A DNA stretch of 64,000 nt, taken from the NCBI GenBank assembly GCA_008632985.1, contig QPGO01000204.1:62001-126000 (forward strand), read 5' to 3'. The stretch's first letter is position 1. Each line of letters begins with the position of its first letter. The position numbers and the translations under genes were made by a program. Below are positions 12,462 to 25,879 of the stretch, in pieces. Origin of the DNA: Psammoneis japonica (Eukaryota). The notes under the pieces are model-generated. The model did no database searches. It was not told the origin of the DNA and was given only the letters and a program-made list of their open reading frames with translations.

Positions 12462-14050
12462 AGTGAAGTTGGAAAACGAGCTACTGCTAAGCATGAAACA
12501 GACACGGATCTCAAGGCTGTTTCTGTACAGGTTTCACATCAACGTATTTCTGTAGAACAATCCTTGCAAGAATTGCTTCCCAAAGCAAGTCATCCCACGG
12601 CCGTGGTACGCAAATTGACGCGAAATGTCATTTCAGGATTACCAAAGTATATCACAGCATGGGACTTATCCTATTTGGACGATTCGACTGTGGTATGGAA
12701 GTTCTTGTTGGATGCGATACGAAAGCACGATTTGAGCGAAAAGAAAAAGAGTGCAATCTTTTGAAAGGTACAAAAAAGAAGCAACCAATGTTATTTGTAC
12801 GGTATCCCGAGCATATCCAGCGTATAGTGGTGGCATTCCTGGGGACGCTAATTCAGTCTCACGAGGGAAACGCAGACACTATTGTACGGAGACTTGCCAA
12901 GTCGTGTCAACCACAAGCTACTATGACGCTGAGTCCTATGATTTGCGTTTATGTGTTTGACGTGATGCACACGGTCCGACGATGCGTGTCTATGCAAACG
13001 TATTTGGAATTTGTCATGGACAGTGTGACTATCAAGGGAACGAAAACGAATGACAATCCAGACGAATGTATCTCGTGCCAAGCAATCATGAAACACGACG
13101 AGTCATTCAAGCGTGCATGCCGCGCTCTTGTTGAATGTGGGAGTGTATCCAAGGTTTTGATGGCTCTTGATGAAGTCTTGTTGAGCTGGATTACTAGCAG
13201 TACGGAATCCTCTTGTCTCGACTCGATTCGAACGAAGAGAGCGGCAATCCTAGTGTTTGCGAGCTTTTCTCTACACCTCAACAGAGACGACTCGTCTGTG
13301 TTCAAAGTGCTGCCACATCTCTATGATCCCACAGCAATTGGCGTTTGTGACTTGCTTTCGAATTTCATGTTTGCTAATGAAAATGCCAGCAATAGCGATA
13401 GCCAGTTTGACTCTCTGATGCGGCCCATTGTGGTGAGAAAATTACAGTATCGTTAATTCGCATGCATTCCTTTGTTCTTTTAGGTCTTGATCAACTGCGA
13501 GCCGCGTTTACTATCGGCCATCTTTCAAGAAGCCGCCAATAGAATTGTTGGCTATGAGAATTTTACGGACGAAGCAGAGGCATTGCCGTCCGATACGCTT
13601 CTCTTGCGAGCATTGATTGAACTGATTCCGTCACCAAGGATTGTCAGTGCGGTTCGACAAGAGTCGGAGCAACTGAAAAGATATTGTCAAACGATTGAGT
13701 CCCACATTGCAAACAGTGGATCTCGGAACGATCACCTCGGCGGGAACCTCCGGACAAGACTCGATGCGATTGTTGGATTTTCCTAGAGTACACGTACTGT
13801 AATGTCACTCAACGAATGCAAAGTTTTGCGTCTTTGACCGGTGACTGCTTCTACTGTTCAAGCAAGCAATATGTAGATGGAGCACCAAATCGTAATGATT
13901 TGTGTGTCTACTACCATACTCCTCCTTCGCACTCTGTTGGCGCTGGAGGTGCAGGACAGTTTCAATTTTTAGCTAGGAATGCGACAGTAGACTACTGCTA
14001 CTGCTACTCCGTTCGATGCATTAGCCCATACATGTGTTAGCCTCACGCAC
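12462..14050 (+). pseudogene. Internally deleted recent duplicate of IPI1/TEX10 including 3' flank
   Basis: Matches 6458-6612, then jumps to 7892. Further deletions correspond to ~8037-8084 (frameshift) and part of the intron. Otherwise highly identical through ~9410. Confidence 0.9.
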
Positions 14051-14068
14051 GCAATAACAATCATAGTT

Positions 14069-16821
14069 CTAGTTGTTGTCTACCGTGAATGCATATGCGG
14101 ATCCAGAATTGTGGCCATTGGAATCAGCAGAATCCGCACCGACTCCGACGACGCTTCCGTCTGCCGACAAGGACACGGAATGCCCAAAACAATCCTCTTC
14201 AGCCTTGCCATTTAAAGAATCTCCGAATTGATTCCATTTGAGAGTGGTGGTGTTGTGTTGAAATATTCGAACTTGACCCGCCGCAGTCAATCCACCGACT
14301 TCATGCAACCAACTACCGACCGCCAAGACTTTTCCATTTGCACTCAACGAAACTGAACCGCCAAAGTCAAAATCATCGCTTGGCTGCTGCGGGAGCAGAG
14401 TTTGGCCACGTTGATTCCATTTAGACGCCGAACGGTTGTGCGAACAAACAAGAACCCTCTCGTCAATTCCAAATGCACCCACGGCCACGATCAAACCGCT
14501 GTCATCAAGAGAAACAGAAAATCCAAAATCACCGCATTCGACTTGTCCATTGATTGGATCACCCAATGGATCCCAATTGGACGAAGAAGAATTGCATTCA
14601 AAGACCCAAACCTGCCCGGCATCGCACCCACCCGAATCATTCCAATCAGCTCCAACTCCAACAATGGTTCCCGATTGACCCAAGGAAACAGAAATGCCAA
14701 ATCGATCTTCAGTGGCCTGTCCAATTGGTGTTTGTCCAAGTTGCTTCCAGGATGAAGTGCCGCGGTCACATTGAATCAATCGAGCCGATCCAGAACCATC
14801 CCCATTTTCCGCATCATCCGAAAAAGCTCCCACAGCGAGAATGTCGCCCGTGTCCGAGAGCGACATGGACAAACCAAATTGATCACTAGCGTCTTGTCCA
14901 AGAACATCACCACCGAGTTGAACCCAACTGTCCGAAACAGAGTTGCACTCATGCACTCGAACGTGACCGGCATTTTCTCCACCACTGTCATTCCATGAAG
15001 CTCCGACAGCAAGAATTGTGCCGTTGCCATTTAACACAACGGACTCTCCAAAACTGTCCCCGCCAGCTTGTCCAATCAACTCTTGTCCAATTTGCATCCA
15101 TTGTTGGGCACTCGTGTTGCATCGATGGAAAACAACACAGTGTGGCCGGGATTGGAAGAAAAGTGTTGATCCGCTCCAACAGCCATGTGACACTGCCATC
15201 GCGAGACAAGGAGACGGCTTCGCCGAAACAATCATGCTCCACTTTGCTGTGCAAGATCTGTCCAACAGGATTCCAGTCGGCAGGAACAACTGCAATCGGC
15301 GGTTCTGCAATGGGAACGCTGTTTGCAGGTGACGGCGTTGGATTGGCTGCAGTTGTTGATGCTTCGCTGACACTCACCAAATTGTCAAAAGCATCACTTC
15401 TGGCATTTTCACCTGCCAACTGCAGGTCTTTTGCACAGGCCAACCTCCCAGCTGATGTCTTGAATGGCTTGGTCACAATTGATTCCATGGAAACATCTTG
15501 GCTGCTCCTGTCAAGAGCACACGCAACGGCTTGGTCATGCACGATTCGAAGGGAGGGTTCTCCGCCATTGCCATCTTGGACCACAACAGCACCAGAGACT
15601 TGCAGCATCGTCACGACGTCTCGTGCACTTGAAACTTGTAAATTCCGGACCGGGAATCCGACAAGGCCACGACGACGACCGGTGTTGCAACAATTCTTGA
15701 CACATGCCTTGGTTGCGGTGGCCCACAATTCAGAGTCTTCTTGATCAAACGTGGCAGTGATGCCAAACATGCACATTGTCAACCCAGAAGCTTCTTCATT
15801 GGATGCAATGGTGCCTGGCTCGCCGCCACCAGAAGACACGCCGACAGAAATCCCGACTGTCGCCACGATGACCAGCACTGCGGCACCCAGAACAATGAAT
15901 CATTTGCGAAGGCGCTTGTGATGAAGCTGCTCCTCAGCATTCTCATCATCTTCATCAGCTCGCGTTGTTTTGTTGGCTTGTTTGTTCTGCCCACCACCAC
16001 CATCAGCAGCAGCAGTGGCAGAAACCCCCTCCACAACTTTTGCCTGGTGAGTTCCTGCTTCAAGACGATCAACTCATTCCAGAAGAGAAGCGACATCCTT
16101 CGACTCTTCTGCCCAAGTGAGCAACCACCAGCGGAGCGTCACCATCGTCAGTGCGAGCAAGCTCTTCTGAAGGAGGGGGCGCTGAATCATTGGAACGTGT
16201 CGATTCGGGTGCTGACAAGAGCGAAACATTGCAATCAGCATTTCTTCCTCTTCGCACCTCTCGTCCTCCTTGACTGATGGCAAAGGCGCCAGCAGCATCC
16301 GCACCTGCATGGCCAGATGTAAAGTTTGCGGCAATCATGGCAACAGCATCTGCGTCAGTGTTGTTTGCAGCAATGAACAGCCATTGCTGTCCTTCTTCTT
16401 CTTGCTCCTCAACCTCCAAGTCGTCTTCTGCTCGTTGCTGCTCTTGACGGCGGCGATGGGCAGTTTGTCGCTTTTTCTTCTTCTGGTGAGAAGGAGCATG
16501 GGTTTCTCCCACAAGAGTTGGTTCTTCGAATTCTTCCAGAGTGTCTGCGTGAGCATTGTCCACAGCAACGAATTGTTGTTGTTCTTCAACCGCCATGTCG
16601 TCTTCTGCTTGTTGCTGCTCTTGACGGCAGCGATGGGCAGTTTGTCGCTTCTTCTTTTCCTCATGAGAAGAAGCGGCGGTTTCTCCCACAGGAGTTGATT
16701 CTTCAAATTCTTCGAGATGTCTCTCCTTTTTGTCGTTCTTCAAGTTGCCGCTGCTGGCACTTCTGCGAACGCCACGCCTGTCACACACGTCATCGTTGTC
16801 ATTGTTGGAATGATTCATCAT
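14069..16821 (-). pseudogene. FG-GAP-repeat (beta-propeller) type-II membrane protein, frameshifted and TpA-hypermutated
   Basis: Repeats FG.SVSLS..G.ILAVGA...D..G..AG.VRV; TM segment near 15850-15900; charged N-terminal tail with internal duplication (~16428-16535 vs ~16610-16712). Typical Tyr positions read C/H (VRVHECN, DCFGHSVSLS). Confidence 0.8.
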
Positions 16822-17599
16822 GGGGGCCACCAGTTTTGCTGTAGAGAGAGAGACAGATGTGTGGGCACACTGCGCTTGCTGGACACAAAAAGAGAGGTTG
16901 ATGTTCTGCACAATGCGAAGGAGGTCAATGAACAGCCAAGCTTGAAGGTGGAACACGCACATGCCTTGACCTGATTGCAACACTTTGCCAGCACGTCCAA
17001 GCAGAGGGTGTTTGCCTTGGGGCACGTGTCGACTGGGAAAATCCACTTGACAGATTTCTCCATGCATGTTGGATTGCACCGTTGTCAAGTTCTTGAGCGT
17101 GTTGCACCTAATGAGTTGTGTCTCCCCCCCCCTGACAAAAACTTTTGTGTTCTTCAATCTGGGTGCAGGGCCATCCCATGGGTGGCTGCATCCTCCTCTT
17201 TTCCTGCACTTGCTTTTACAACCAAAAAGAGGCACTGGATTTGGTGGGCCATTGTGACTCTCACAGCAAGGGTTGTTGACTCATGGCCCACCTTGAAGCA
17301 AGCAGTGGTGGCTGCTGCCACACATGGCTTCTTCAAAATCAAAGAATGGGTGATCGACCAAGTGCAGCAAGATGTTGAAGCCACTGCAAGTTGGCACACC
17401 TCAGGTCAATGAAGCATGCCAACAAAAGCTGCTGCATCTTTTTCTGGCCTGAAGCCCTCCTCACCCCTTGCCTCCTCTGTGACCTCCTTGTTGCCGCTTG
17501 CTTCAACCTTGTTGCCACAGGTCTGACAGCCACTCATCACGCCCAGCAGGGCCAATGGCATCCTTTTCCAGTTTCATTGTCTTGGCTGAATGAGTGATG

Positions 17600-19181
17600 G
17601 TGGCAATCTCAAGTTGGTCAACATTTGTCGGTCTCTCCCTGGTGAAGACCATGTGTGCTCAAACCCGACTGCAATGACTCAGAGGGTCTTGCTCAAGTTT
17701 GCTTTCAACTCTTTCCTGAAGAGCTCAATCTCTGAGTGTTGCACTTCCTGAAAATCTCGCACTCCAGTCCCCTTCTGCAGTGGTGCTGAAACCCACACAC
17801 CACCCACTTGCTCTTCTGCAGTCTCCAGCACCCACCAATGCCCCAACACCTTGAGTGCTTGCCGTGACACGACCTGGCAGATGAGACAAAGATTCTGCCT
17901 CTTCAACAGGGGCATCTGCAAACTGCTCCTTCATGGCTTGATGCTTGGCCTGCAGGGTGGCAACACCTTGACAATGGCTTGGGTCAGAAAGGTTCTCCAG
18001 CACATCTTCCACCTCGTTGTCCTCATCCCAAAATGGGCTTTGCTCTTTGTTCATGGGGGGACCTCTTCAGCATCGTTGTTGGAAAGGAGGAAGCAGCCAA
18101 CACCTGCCTTGCAGGGGGAGGTTTTGGAGTGCCACCCTTGAGTGCATGGGTGGTGCAATGATCTGATGCAGACAATCTGCCACTCCTCACAACAAGCCTC
18201 AGCTGACCGGGAAATGCAAGAGCTCTGAAGGGCAAGCAATGAAAACACAACTGGCTTTGTTGCCCATGCTTGTTTGTCAAATCTGGGGTGGTTGCTTTCA
18301 TTCCTGTGAGTGACCGTCATCATGCAATGAGTGCTCAATCGCCGCGCCAGTGTTGCAGTGCATTTTGAACACTGCCACAGTGTCCAGATGAGCAAAAAGG
18401 ACCATGCTCACTTCTGAGAGAATGACTGCCAACTCTGATTTGCTGGAGAACCAGGCTGACCCAACCCACCTTTGTCTTTGCCCGTGAGTGCTGAGATGTC
18501 ATCAAATGTGAGAAAGCTCCTTTCCCCACACAGGAGGTGTGATCACACGCCAACACCAGTCACTGTGGTGCTTTCATGAGCTGGTTTCGTGTGATGGCGC
18601 ACCTTCCATGATGCAGCTGCCTGAGAGGTGACATCCCCTGCCACATCACTCTGCATCAAAGCAGTTGAGGAGGCAACCACTGTTTGTCAGCAAAGCCACT
18701 CTGAGCTCCCAGGCTGCACAACAAAGAGAAGCGAACACCACCACTCTTCCCCAAAGAAGTGAAAAAAATCCAAAAATTCAAACGGTCCAGGTTGCATGAA
18801 AACCAGAACCAGGCCAACAGGACGCTCAACACTCAACACACCCAACACCTGGTCGTGATCAAATTCATGGGCCGATGGCAACTTACTCAAGCAGCGAATA
18901 AATCCCGCACGCTCTCGACGTCCGTCCGTCCTTGTTTCGACGACACTCGTCTTGCACTCACACAGGCTCAGAGCAAACACTCGCCCCCGATGAGCAGATT
19001 CCACAAAAGGCGCAAGTGCTGTGGCGGATGGAAGACATGTTTCGTTCGTTATGTTAGTAGGGCCCTAATGTTTGTTGGTTCGTTCGTTCGTTCGTTGATC
19101 GCAAAAAGCCTGCCGCCGACTAACGAAGCTCGGTGACGCTTATTGTGATGGCGTCAATTAAAATCTGTGGTCCTCATTCAT
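17600..19181 (-). pseudogene. Degraded gene remnant; internally deleted sister fragment at ~29990-30204
   Basis: EVEDVLENLSD encoded at both ~17982-18016 and ~30021-30055; 18978-19200 aligns with 30061-30222. Product not recognised. Confidence 0.45.
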
Positions 19182-19285
19182 TCTAAATTCTCTCGAATTG
19201 ACAGCTATTCAGGCTAGCTAGAGAGTTGTCCGTGCAAACAAGAAGAAACTATACACTGTACATACATTCATAACTCTCAAAAATC

Positions 19286-22200
19286 CTACTCGTCGGGGAG
19301 CTCATCCACGGCATCGTCAACAGGAGCTCCAGCTAATCCAGTTCGCAAACCGATCCTCACCCCTTCACCATATTCGGCGACGTTTTCAACAAACTTCTTT
19401 TTTCTCTCATCTTCCTTTTCTTGTGCCTTCTTCTTTGCAAATGCAGCAATTGAGTCCGTGATTCTCTTATCATTAAAGACTCGATACTTCATCATCCACG
19501 GCATGAGAGCAACGACAAAGAGCTGCCTCCAACACGAGCCAGCCTCAGTGCAAAACTTCTTCCCGTGCTTGAGCTTCATCATGTACATGGTGCCCAAACG
19601 ATCAATATAAGGATGCCGGTGAGCATCATGCCCTAACAAGTCTTTCTCGAAATTGAAAGGCACGTAATCGAAACCGTACCCCACCAAGTTGACCTCTTCA
19701 TCAAGAAACCTAGCGTCGATCCTGCCAACCCAAAACGCCGCTGCTAGAATGAATTGCGTGAATCGCCCAATCAAGACACCACCACCCAAGCCTGTAGGTG
19801 AGGACAAAAAGAGGCAAATGCTTAGTCAATCGTAATACCAGATTCAAGATGAGCGGTCGGTCGCACCAATGTGCCAGCATTCCAGAGCAAGTAGAGTCAC
19901 GTTTGCTGCACAGGGTCGAGTCCGATAGTAAGCAGCATAGAATTTCTTTCGACAAACCATTGTCATTGCCATTTTGAGTACAATTGTAATCGTTAGACCA
20001 ATCCCCCACGCAACCAATAGAATCATGAAGTCCCGCGTGAACTCCCAAGCGAATAGAAAGACTACCAGCCCTACCAAGGCAAAGAAGATTACACTGCTCC
20101 AATCATTGCGTACACCGCATCTAAGAAAGAGAAAAAGAGAGAAAAGTTAGAGAGGGTCAACAGAGAGCACGCACTCCGAAACACGATCAAGAGGTACTCA
20201 CTACCAATGTTCAGATAAACCGTGTCGGCATTCTTCCGGTAGGTGTTGAAAAGTCTCGACGTCAATGACGGTTTTACTCCGCTACGGTACTGCAAAGTTG
20301 TTCCCGTTGCACTAGATTTCATAAACGAGGCAGAGAAGTGAAAAGAAACATGAGTATGTCATAATGACGCAGATGACAGCTATCAATTCAACACGAGCAA
20401 CTTATTACCTTGGCAGATAAATGAGCATGATGCACACCATCACAGCAATCAGAACAGCCGTTGCCGGGTAGAATGCGGCATAGACGACTTCCCGCGTTGG
20501 CACTATTTCGTACACCCAATCTGGCAAATCCTCATACTCTTCCAGGGACTTAGTGGCATCTTCTGCAGCGTTAGCGACTGCCTCGGTAAAAGTAAATGAG
20601 GCGTAGGTTAAGGCAATCGCCAGAATGATTTGCGCTGCTTGAATGATGTAGATACGTGAATTGATCCATACACCTTCAGTGTCGAAAAGTTCGGCGCTTA
20701 GGATTCGTTTCCATGTCCAAATCAGACCACCACAATTCTCGAACCTCTCGCCCCGAAGAACAAAATTCAACATGGTCTCATCTGTCGCTGAGCCACCCTT
20801 AAGATTGGTAATGATACTTTGTGATGGATTCCTTTCGCCGATCACAGGATGCAAAGCGTGCGCATTCTTCATCATTGCGCTTAGTTTTCGAGTGCACTCC
20901 ATCTTGGTGCGGCGACAACCACGCAAATTCGAACTTGCAAAGAAACCCTTGAAAGTGTCACTTTTACTCTTACGAATTCGCCGTTTTCCAACCATGGACT
21001 TTATGAATTGAATAACGAGCGCGAATAGGACGGCATTTCCAAGAGCAAAAGTCAGATTCTGGTAATTATCGTAGTTGCGATCATTCACCGTTGACTCGGC
21101 ATTGTTATACGGTTGTTCAGAGTTGTTTCGGTAGTAGATCACTGTCACGTACGGCACAAATGTGAAGACTGCTCCACAGAAGAAAGCAAACAACACTACC
21201 TTGGGACTTGCAATAACCGGGGTGTTACCAAAACTCAGAGGAATCATGATGATGAGACCTGAGATAGTTAGACAGCAAGCAATATAGATCCAGGAAACGA
21301 CAGTTTGGCCCAGTTTGCAGCCGAATGCATCGCCACAATCTGCGCGTATTCCCTCAATCTGTTGATAAAGGGTGGTGTATATAAGAGCTGTGCAAACAAA
21401 AAAGGCCCAAATAAGGGCAGCCATGGCGGCAGAACCATGGCAATCGACAGCAAAGTCAATACTTGGCATCATCATTGGATACTTGGCTATGTAGCGATCC
21501 TCTTCTTCGGGATCAATATCACGTTTCTCGGCAGCTGAAGCATCTTTTGTCAGATTTGCAGAGGTGGCGGCCTCTTTCTCCACAAGTTGCTCAGCCTCCA
21601 CCATTTCCTTCTCTTGAAAACTGTCGAATTTCCAGACATCAAAGTGTGGCGTTGTAAGCTTGTCTTCGGTCCCGACCTCCCATTCAGCCAAGTCGGACGT
21701 GAGCGCCGATACGAATGCCTCTTCATCCATAAGAGCTCCCTCGCTACCAGCAGCCTCGACCATTTCTGCAATTAATTTTGTATCACGCGCTCGTTCGTGC
21801 TCGCCCCCGGCTTCGAGGAGCCTTACCACAAAATCAGCAGAAACGGTGGGTGGAGCACCTGTGCTCTCACTATGATTCGGCTCCTCTGTACCCGGCTGCT
21901 CGTTGAGTGCCCGAAGCATTATGGCCAAGACATCCTGGATGATACCCTCAGGTTTTGGCCTCAGAGACTCTTGTTCCTCTTTCTTTCGCTCAGCCTTTAA
22001 TACCATGCGCTCAGCTTTACGCTTTCTGTACAAGGCGAACGGATTCCAGGACGAGGAAGAGAGCTCTTCTACCTCTTGAGCATCTTCTTCGTCTTGCTCA
22101 TGACTGCTTCCATCGACGCCGTCTCGAAACTCTTTTCCGGCACGAGCAAGTGTAGGAATAAGAATAATGGAGAGAAGCTGGACTAAATCCAGATACTCTT

Positions 22201-22699
22201 CAGGCAAATCGTCGGGATTCTCCACGTCTTCGTTCGGGTCTTCAATCTCTTCCTCTTCCTCTTCTGATAATTCAGTAGCAAAATGTTCTTCCTTGGCTTG
22301 CTGAATAATTCTCTCGCTCTCAGCCTTGAGCAGTCGCTTCTTTACAGCCCCAACTCCCTTCCCAACGCCTTTACCTGCGCCTTTTAGGAATCTGAGCCGA
22401 TCCCTTGCTTCATCCGTCTGTTCTCCTTCTAAATCAACTTGATCTTCTTCATACATCTCTTCTAGAATGCGATTAATAACCTCTTCACCAATCACTCCAC
22501 CGCCCAAACTCCGGACAATTCCCAGAGCGTGCTTGTGAGGCACCTTGAGAGCAAAACGGCTGCGCAAGTAGCGTGCCACATCGATGCTGCTCACGGTTGC
22601 GTTCTCCCGACAAATGGGCAGGCATGTCTGATGCAAGGCAGACACATACTCAAGCTCCTTGACATCGGCAGCTGCACCGACGGGGCGGCGAAACGGCAT
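19286..22699 (-). CDS. Large multipass membrane protein, STRA6/RBP-receptor-like C-terminus; 4 exons, 1-bp deletion near 20098 relative to its duplicate
   Basis: ATG 22699; GT-AG introns 20408-20312, 20201-20121, 19866-19792. Multiple TM helices. C-terminal GRID...D.....F..DLL..DAHRHP and [17 protein letters not shown] motifs. Confidence 0.75.
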
Positions 22700-23329
22700 G
22701 GTGAATGACTACTACTACTCTCTCTGATACACTAGCTAGGGCCCTCCTCCCTACTGCCGCAGATAGGTGTGTTTGATCGGGTGCTCGTTGAGTTGAGAGT
22801 TGAGAGTGTTGGGCGAAAGGATGACCTTGTGAGTTTGTCCGTGTTGGGTGTGCTATGCGGAACGAAATGACTTGGTTTCCCGCGCTTTTTTTTCGTAATC
22901 CTCTAGCCCTACTCTAGCTAGCTAGCCGACCACTTAGGGCCCCATCGGCACAGACCTCCCAGTTGGGAGTGTTCGTTCTCGAGCCGAGCGCGAGGGGGGA
23001 GATTACCTCGCTCCGCTGTCTGGTCCTCTCGTCTGTTCTCGTGACTGAAGATCAACCTCATCATCGCGCAGTGCCACAGCCAAGAAAGTTGCCCTCTGCT
23101 CTGCCTCTGCCAGCAACCAGCAACTGCTCTTGTGCAGCTTCCTCTTCAGCACCTCCTTTTGGTTTAGCCTTTGATGATTCGCAATGCTCCCAGTTCCTCA
23201 CAAATCTGCAACAGAAGCTGTGCCCATGGATTGCAACTTGCCGACTGTGCGTTGCCCATTGGCGCCGTTTGCATCGACCCAAAACCGCATTTGTCATGGC
23301 GAACGACCCAGGCCTTCTCTTTGCCGGCT

Positions 23330-24130
23330 TGTTGGTGCTCAACCACAAGGGCACCAAAACATGGAAAAGCCAAAATTTTGTAGATCATGTCACATTTCGG
23401 GTGGTTGTGGGTTGTGGACCTCAAAAAAATAAATGTGTTTGGCAATTGACTTGATGGTTCCAATGGCGACCCACGATGATGCCGGGGACACTGCATTCTA
23501 CATTCAAAGGAATGGTCAATCGAATCAAAAAATGCCAATTTGGAGCCAAGTGGCACTCGGGAATTGTTCGTCGCCACTTGTTTCAAGTGGGCCCGTGCGA
23601 AGAAGCCAGTGGATTGGGTGCAGAGCTTTGGAGGCATGTCAGGAGCATTCCACTCGCCAATCACAGTGAGTTGCAGCAAGCAACAGGAATCACAACGGGT
23701 TGGACAGCAAGCTCATTGCGTTTTGCTTGTCCTGACCGACGGCGCTGTGAAAGACATGAATGCCACAAAGAATGACATTCAATCCGCCAGCACTGACACT
23801 CCATCTGTGATTGTTGTTGGCATGGGGAACGCCGACTTGTCAAGCAGCATGCGTTTCCTTGATGAACTTTGCCGATCAGGATGTGCCTCAGGACATTTTG
23901 CCGATTCGTTGAGTTTCGTCATTGCCAGCACAGCAAAATTGCTCTAACACAAGCAACCCTTGATGAGATTCAGGATCACAAGCAGTCGACTGTGTTTGCT
24001 CCAAAGACATGGCATCATGCCTCTGCCTGGGCTGAGTGGGAGCAAGATGAATTTTGGTGCCAGACAACTGTCATCCACAAGAAGATGTCGATTTGACCGT
24101 GGATGTTGGCAACGGATGTTTGCGGCAACA
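23330..24130 (+). pseudogene. Copine (C-terminal vWA domain) pseudogene, TpA-depleted
   Basis: Across frames: CLAID...SNGDP..PGTLH, FGAK..GIVR.HLFQVG, VLLVLTDGAVKDM..T...I..AS...SVIVVGMGNADLS.M.FLD, all copine hallmarks. Confidence 0.8.
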
Positions 24131-24252
24131 ATGGGCCATCCGAGTGGAAATCGAAGATTGGCGCCTTTTGGTTGGCAAAGCGCTCTTGCCAGTGTGTGTG
24201 AGTCGCAACGGGTTCAAAGAAAGGGCATTGTTTCTCCCATTTTTCTACAAAT

Positions 24253-24830
24253 TTAAGAAAGGAAGGAATCAACTTGCCGCCCTCGCTCGGCCACGTCTTG
24301 TGCTCCGACATGTGCGGGATCATTGACTTGGTGATGCCGACTTGGCATGGTCTCGCAGTGCCACCTGCAGGTGAAGACGATCTGCACCCTCCACCTTTCA
24401 AGGAGAGGAATCAAGCACTTGAACAGAAGGACTTCTTCTGTGTTGCTGTTGAACGATGAAAAGTTTTCCTCCGAGACAAAAACCGCGTGATTCTGCCCGT
24501 GGTGGCAACCAAGCAGCTCCCCAAATTCTCTCCAAGCAGCCTTGCATTCTTTGTGGCCTCTGTTGTGACAGCACCTGACCAAGGCGTGGGTTCAGTGCCC
24601 TCCTTCCGCGTGACAGTTGCCGAGGCAGCAGACATTGTCGTTCCGAATGGCAAATTCTTGAATCGTCATTGTGCCGGTCTTGGCGGGTCCAATGTGAAGG
24701 ACAAAGAGAGGTTTTTTGCCATCGGCTGTCTTTTCTTTGGGACCGTCACTTTGAACAGCTTGGAACTGTTGGGCGACATCGAATGCGACCCCCGCCTGGA
24801 ACACGACAAGAGCGATGCACAGACCAATCA
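24253..24830 (-). pseudogene. Sulfotransferase-like/P-loop family fragment, TpA-depleted
   Basis: N-terminal TM followed by FVLHIGPAKTGTMTIQ (HIG.xKTG[TS]T motif) and downstream FVSEENF; frameshifted. Confidence 0.55.
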
Positions 24831-25879
24831 ATGAAACAACATGGCAGCACGCAGTGGGAGATTGCGGAGCGATCACAGTGTGTCGCAATGTGTTGAAAGA
24901 AGTTGGAAGAGCAACAACGTCAATGGCGCTATCAACAAGCAGTGATTGATCCATTGATCATTGATCCCAGAAAGAGCCGTTACGTCACATTCGAAATTGA
25001 GTGCTGTGTATGTACGTGGATCTTCACGTACGTACAGTTTGACGAGCGAGCTGTGTACACGCTGTCTGTACTTGTACGTCTCCCCCTTTTCCATCTGTCT
25101 GATTTAGTTCGAAGTGCTTTCCCGCGAGCAAACTACTAAACATAACACATAACATACACCGCACGCGACACGACACACAGTTAGTACAGTATGTGCTGTA
25201 GAATAGTTTAGTTGGTCAAAGCTGGGCATTTGAAAGGCAAGGCCCTCAATACCGCAAATAGTCCACCTGCAACCTTTTTTAAATCAGTGGCTAGTTTGTT
25301 GACGAGACTCGAGAATGGTTTTGGAGGCACAACAGCCCAAAAACAACAGCTCTGTTTTTCGATGGACAACGTGCGACCTTGGTTGCTGGAACATGTCGAG
25401 CTGTGAAAAGCCAAGTCGAACTCTCTCATTCTTGAACAGATGGCCATGCCCCCTCTCAGGCAAGAACTGCGCCTTGACTTGTGACTGAATGCAAGCAGGG
25501 CGGCGGATCTCATACAAAAATGGGGTCGTTGGTTGCTCTTGACTCTTGATGCCGGCTGGCCAACAAAAGAGACTGACCCCCATTGTGCTCACTTGTCATG
25601 GCTTCTCCTTGATCGACATTGTCAGCTTGAACATGATGCATGGCTTTCATGCTTCTTACGACGGCATGATGCCGCTTGGGTGGTAGCGGTGAGGCGTTTC
25701 GACTGTCGTGCATCGCGCTGCTTTTCGATATGTGTTTCATACTTCATATTGGTCTGTGGACTGTGGAGGCTACTTACCTGGAGGTCTGTTATCCAAGAAC
25801 GAACGGCATTTTTTGCGTTGCTCGAGGAGGTCGTCACTCTCCTTCGTATCTTGTGTATTAAGCGCGTCATTCCGAAAAA

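Noticed and set aside
14069..16821. Alternative genetic code (TGY/CAY read as Tyr)
   Set aside because: Neighbouring intact genes use TAY normally; the change also affects non-coding LTRs and co-occurs with frameshifts.
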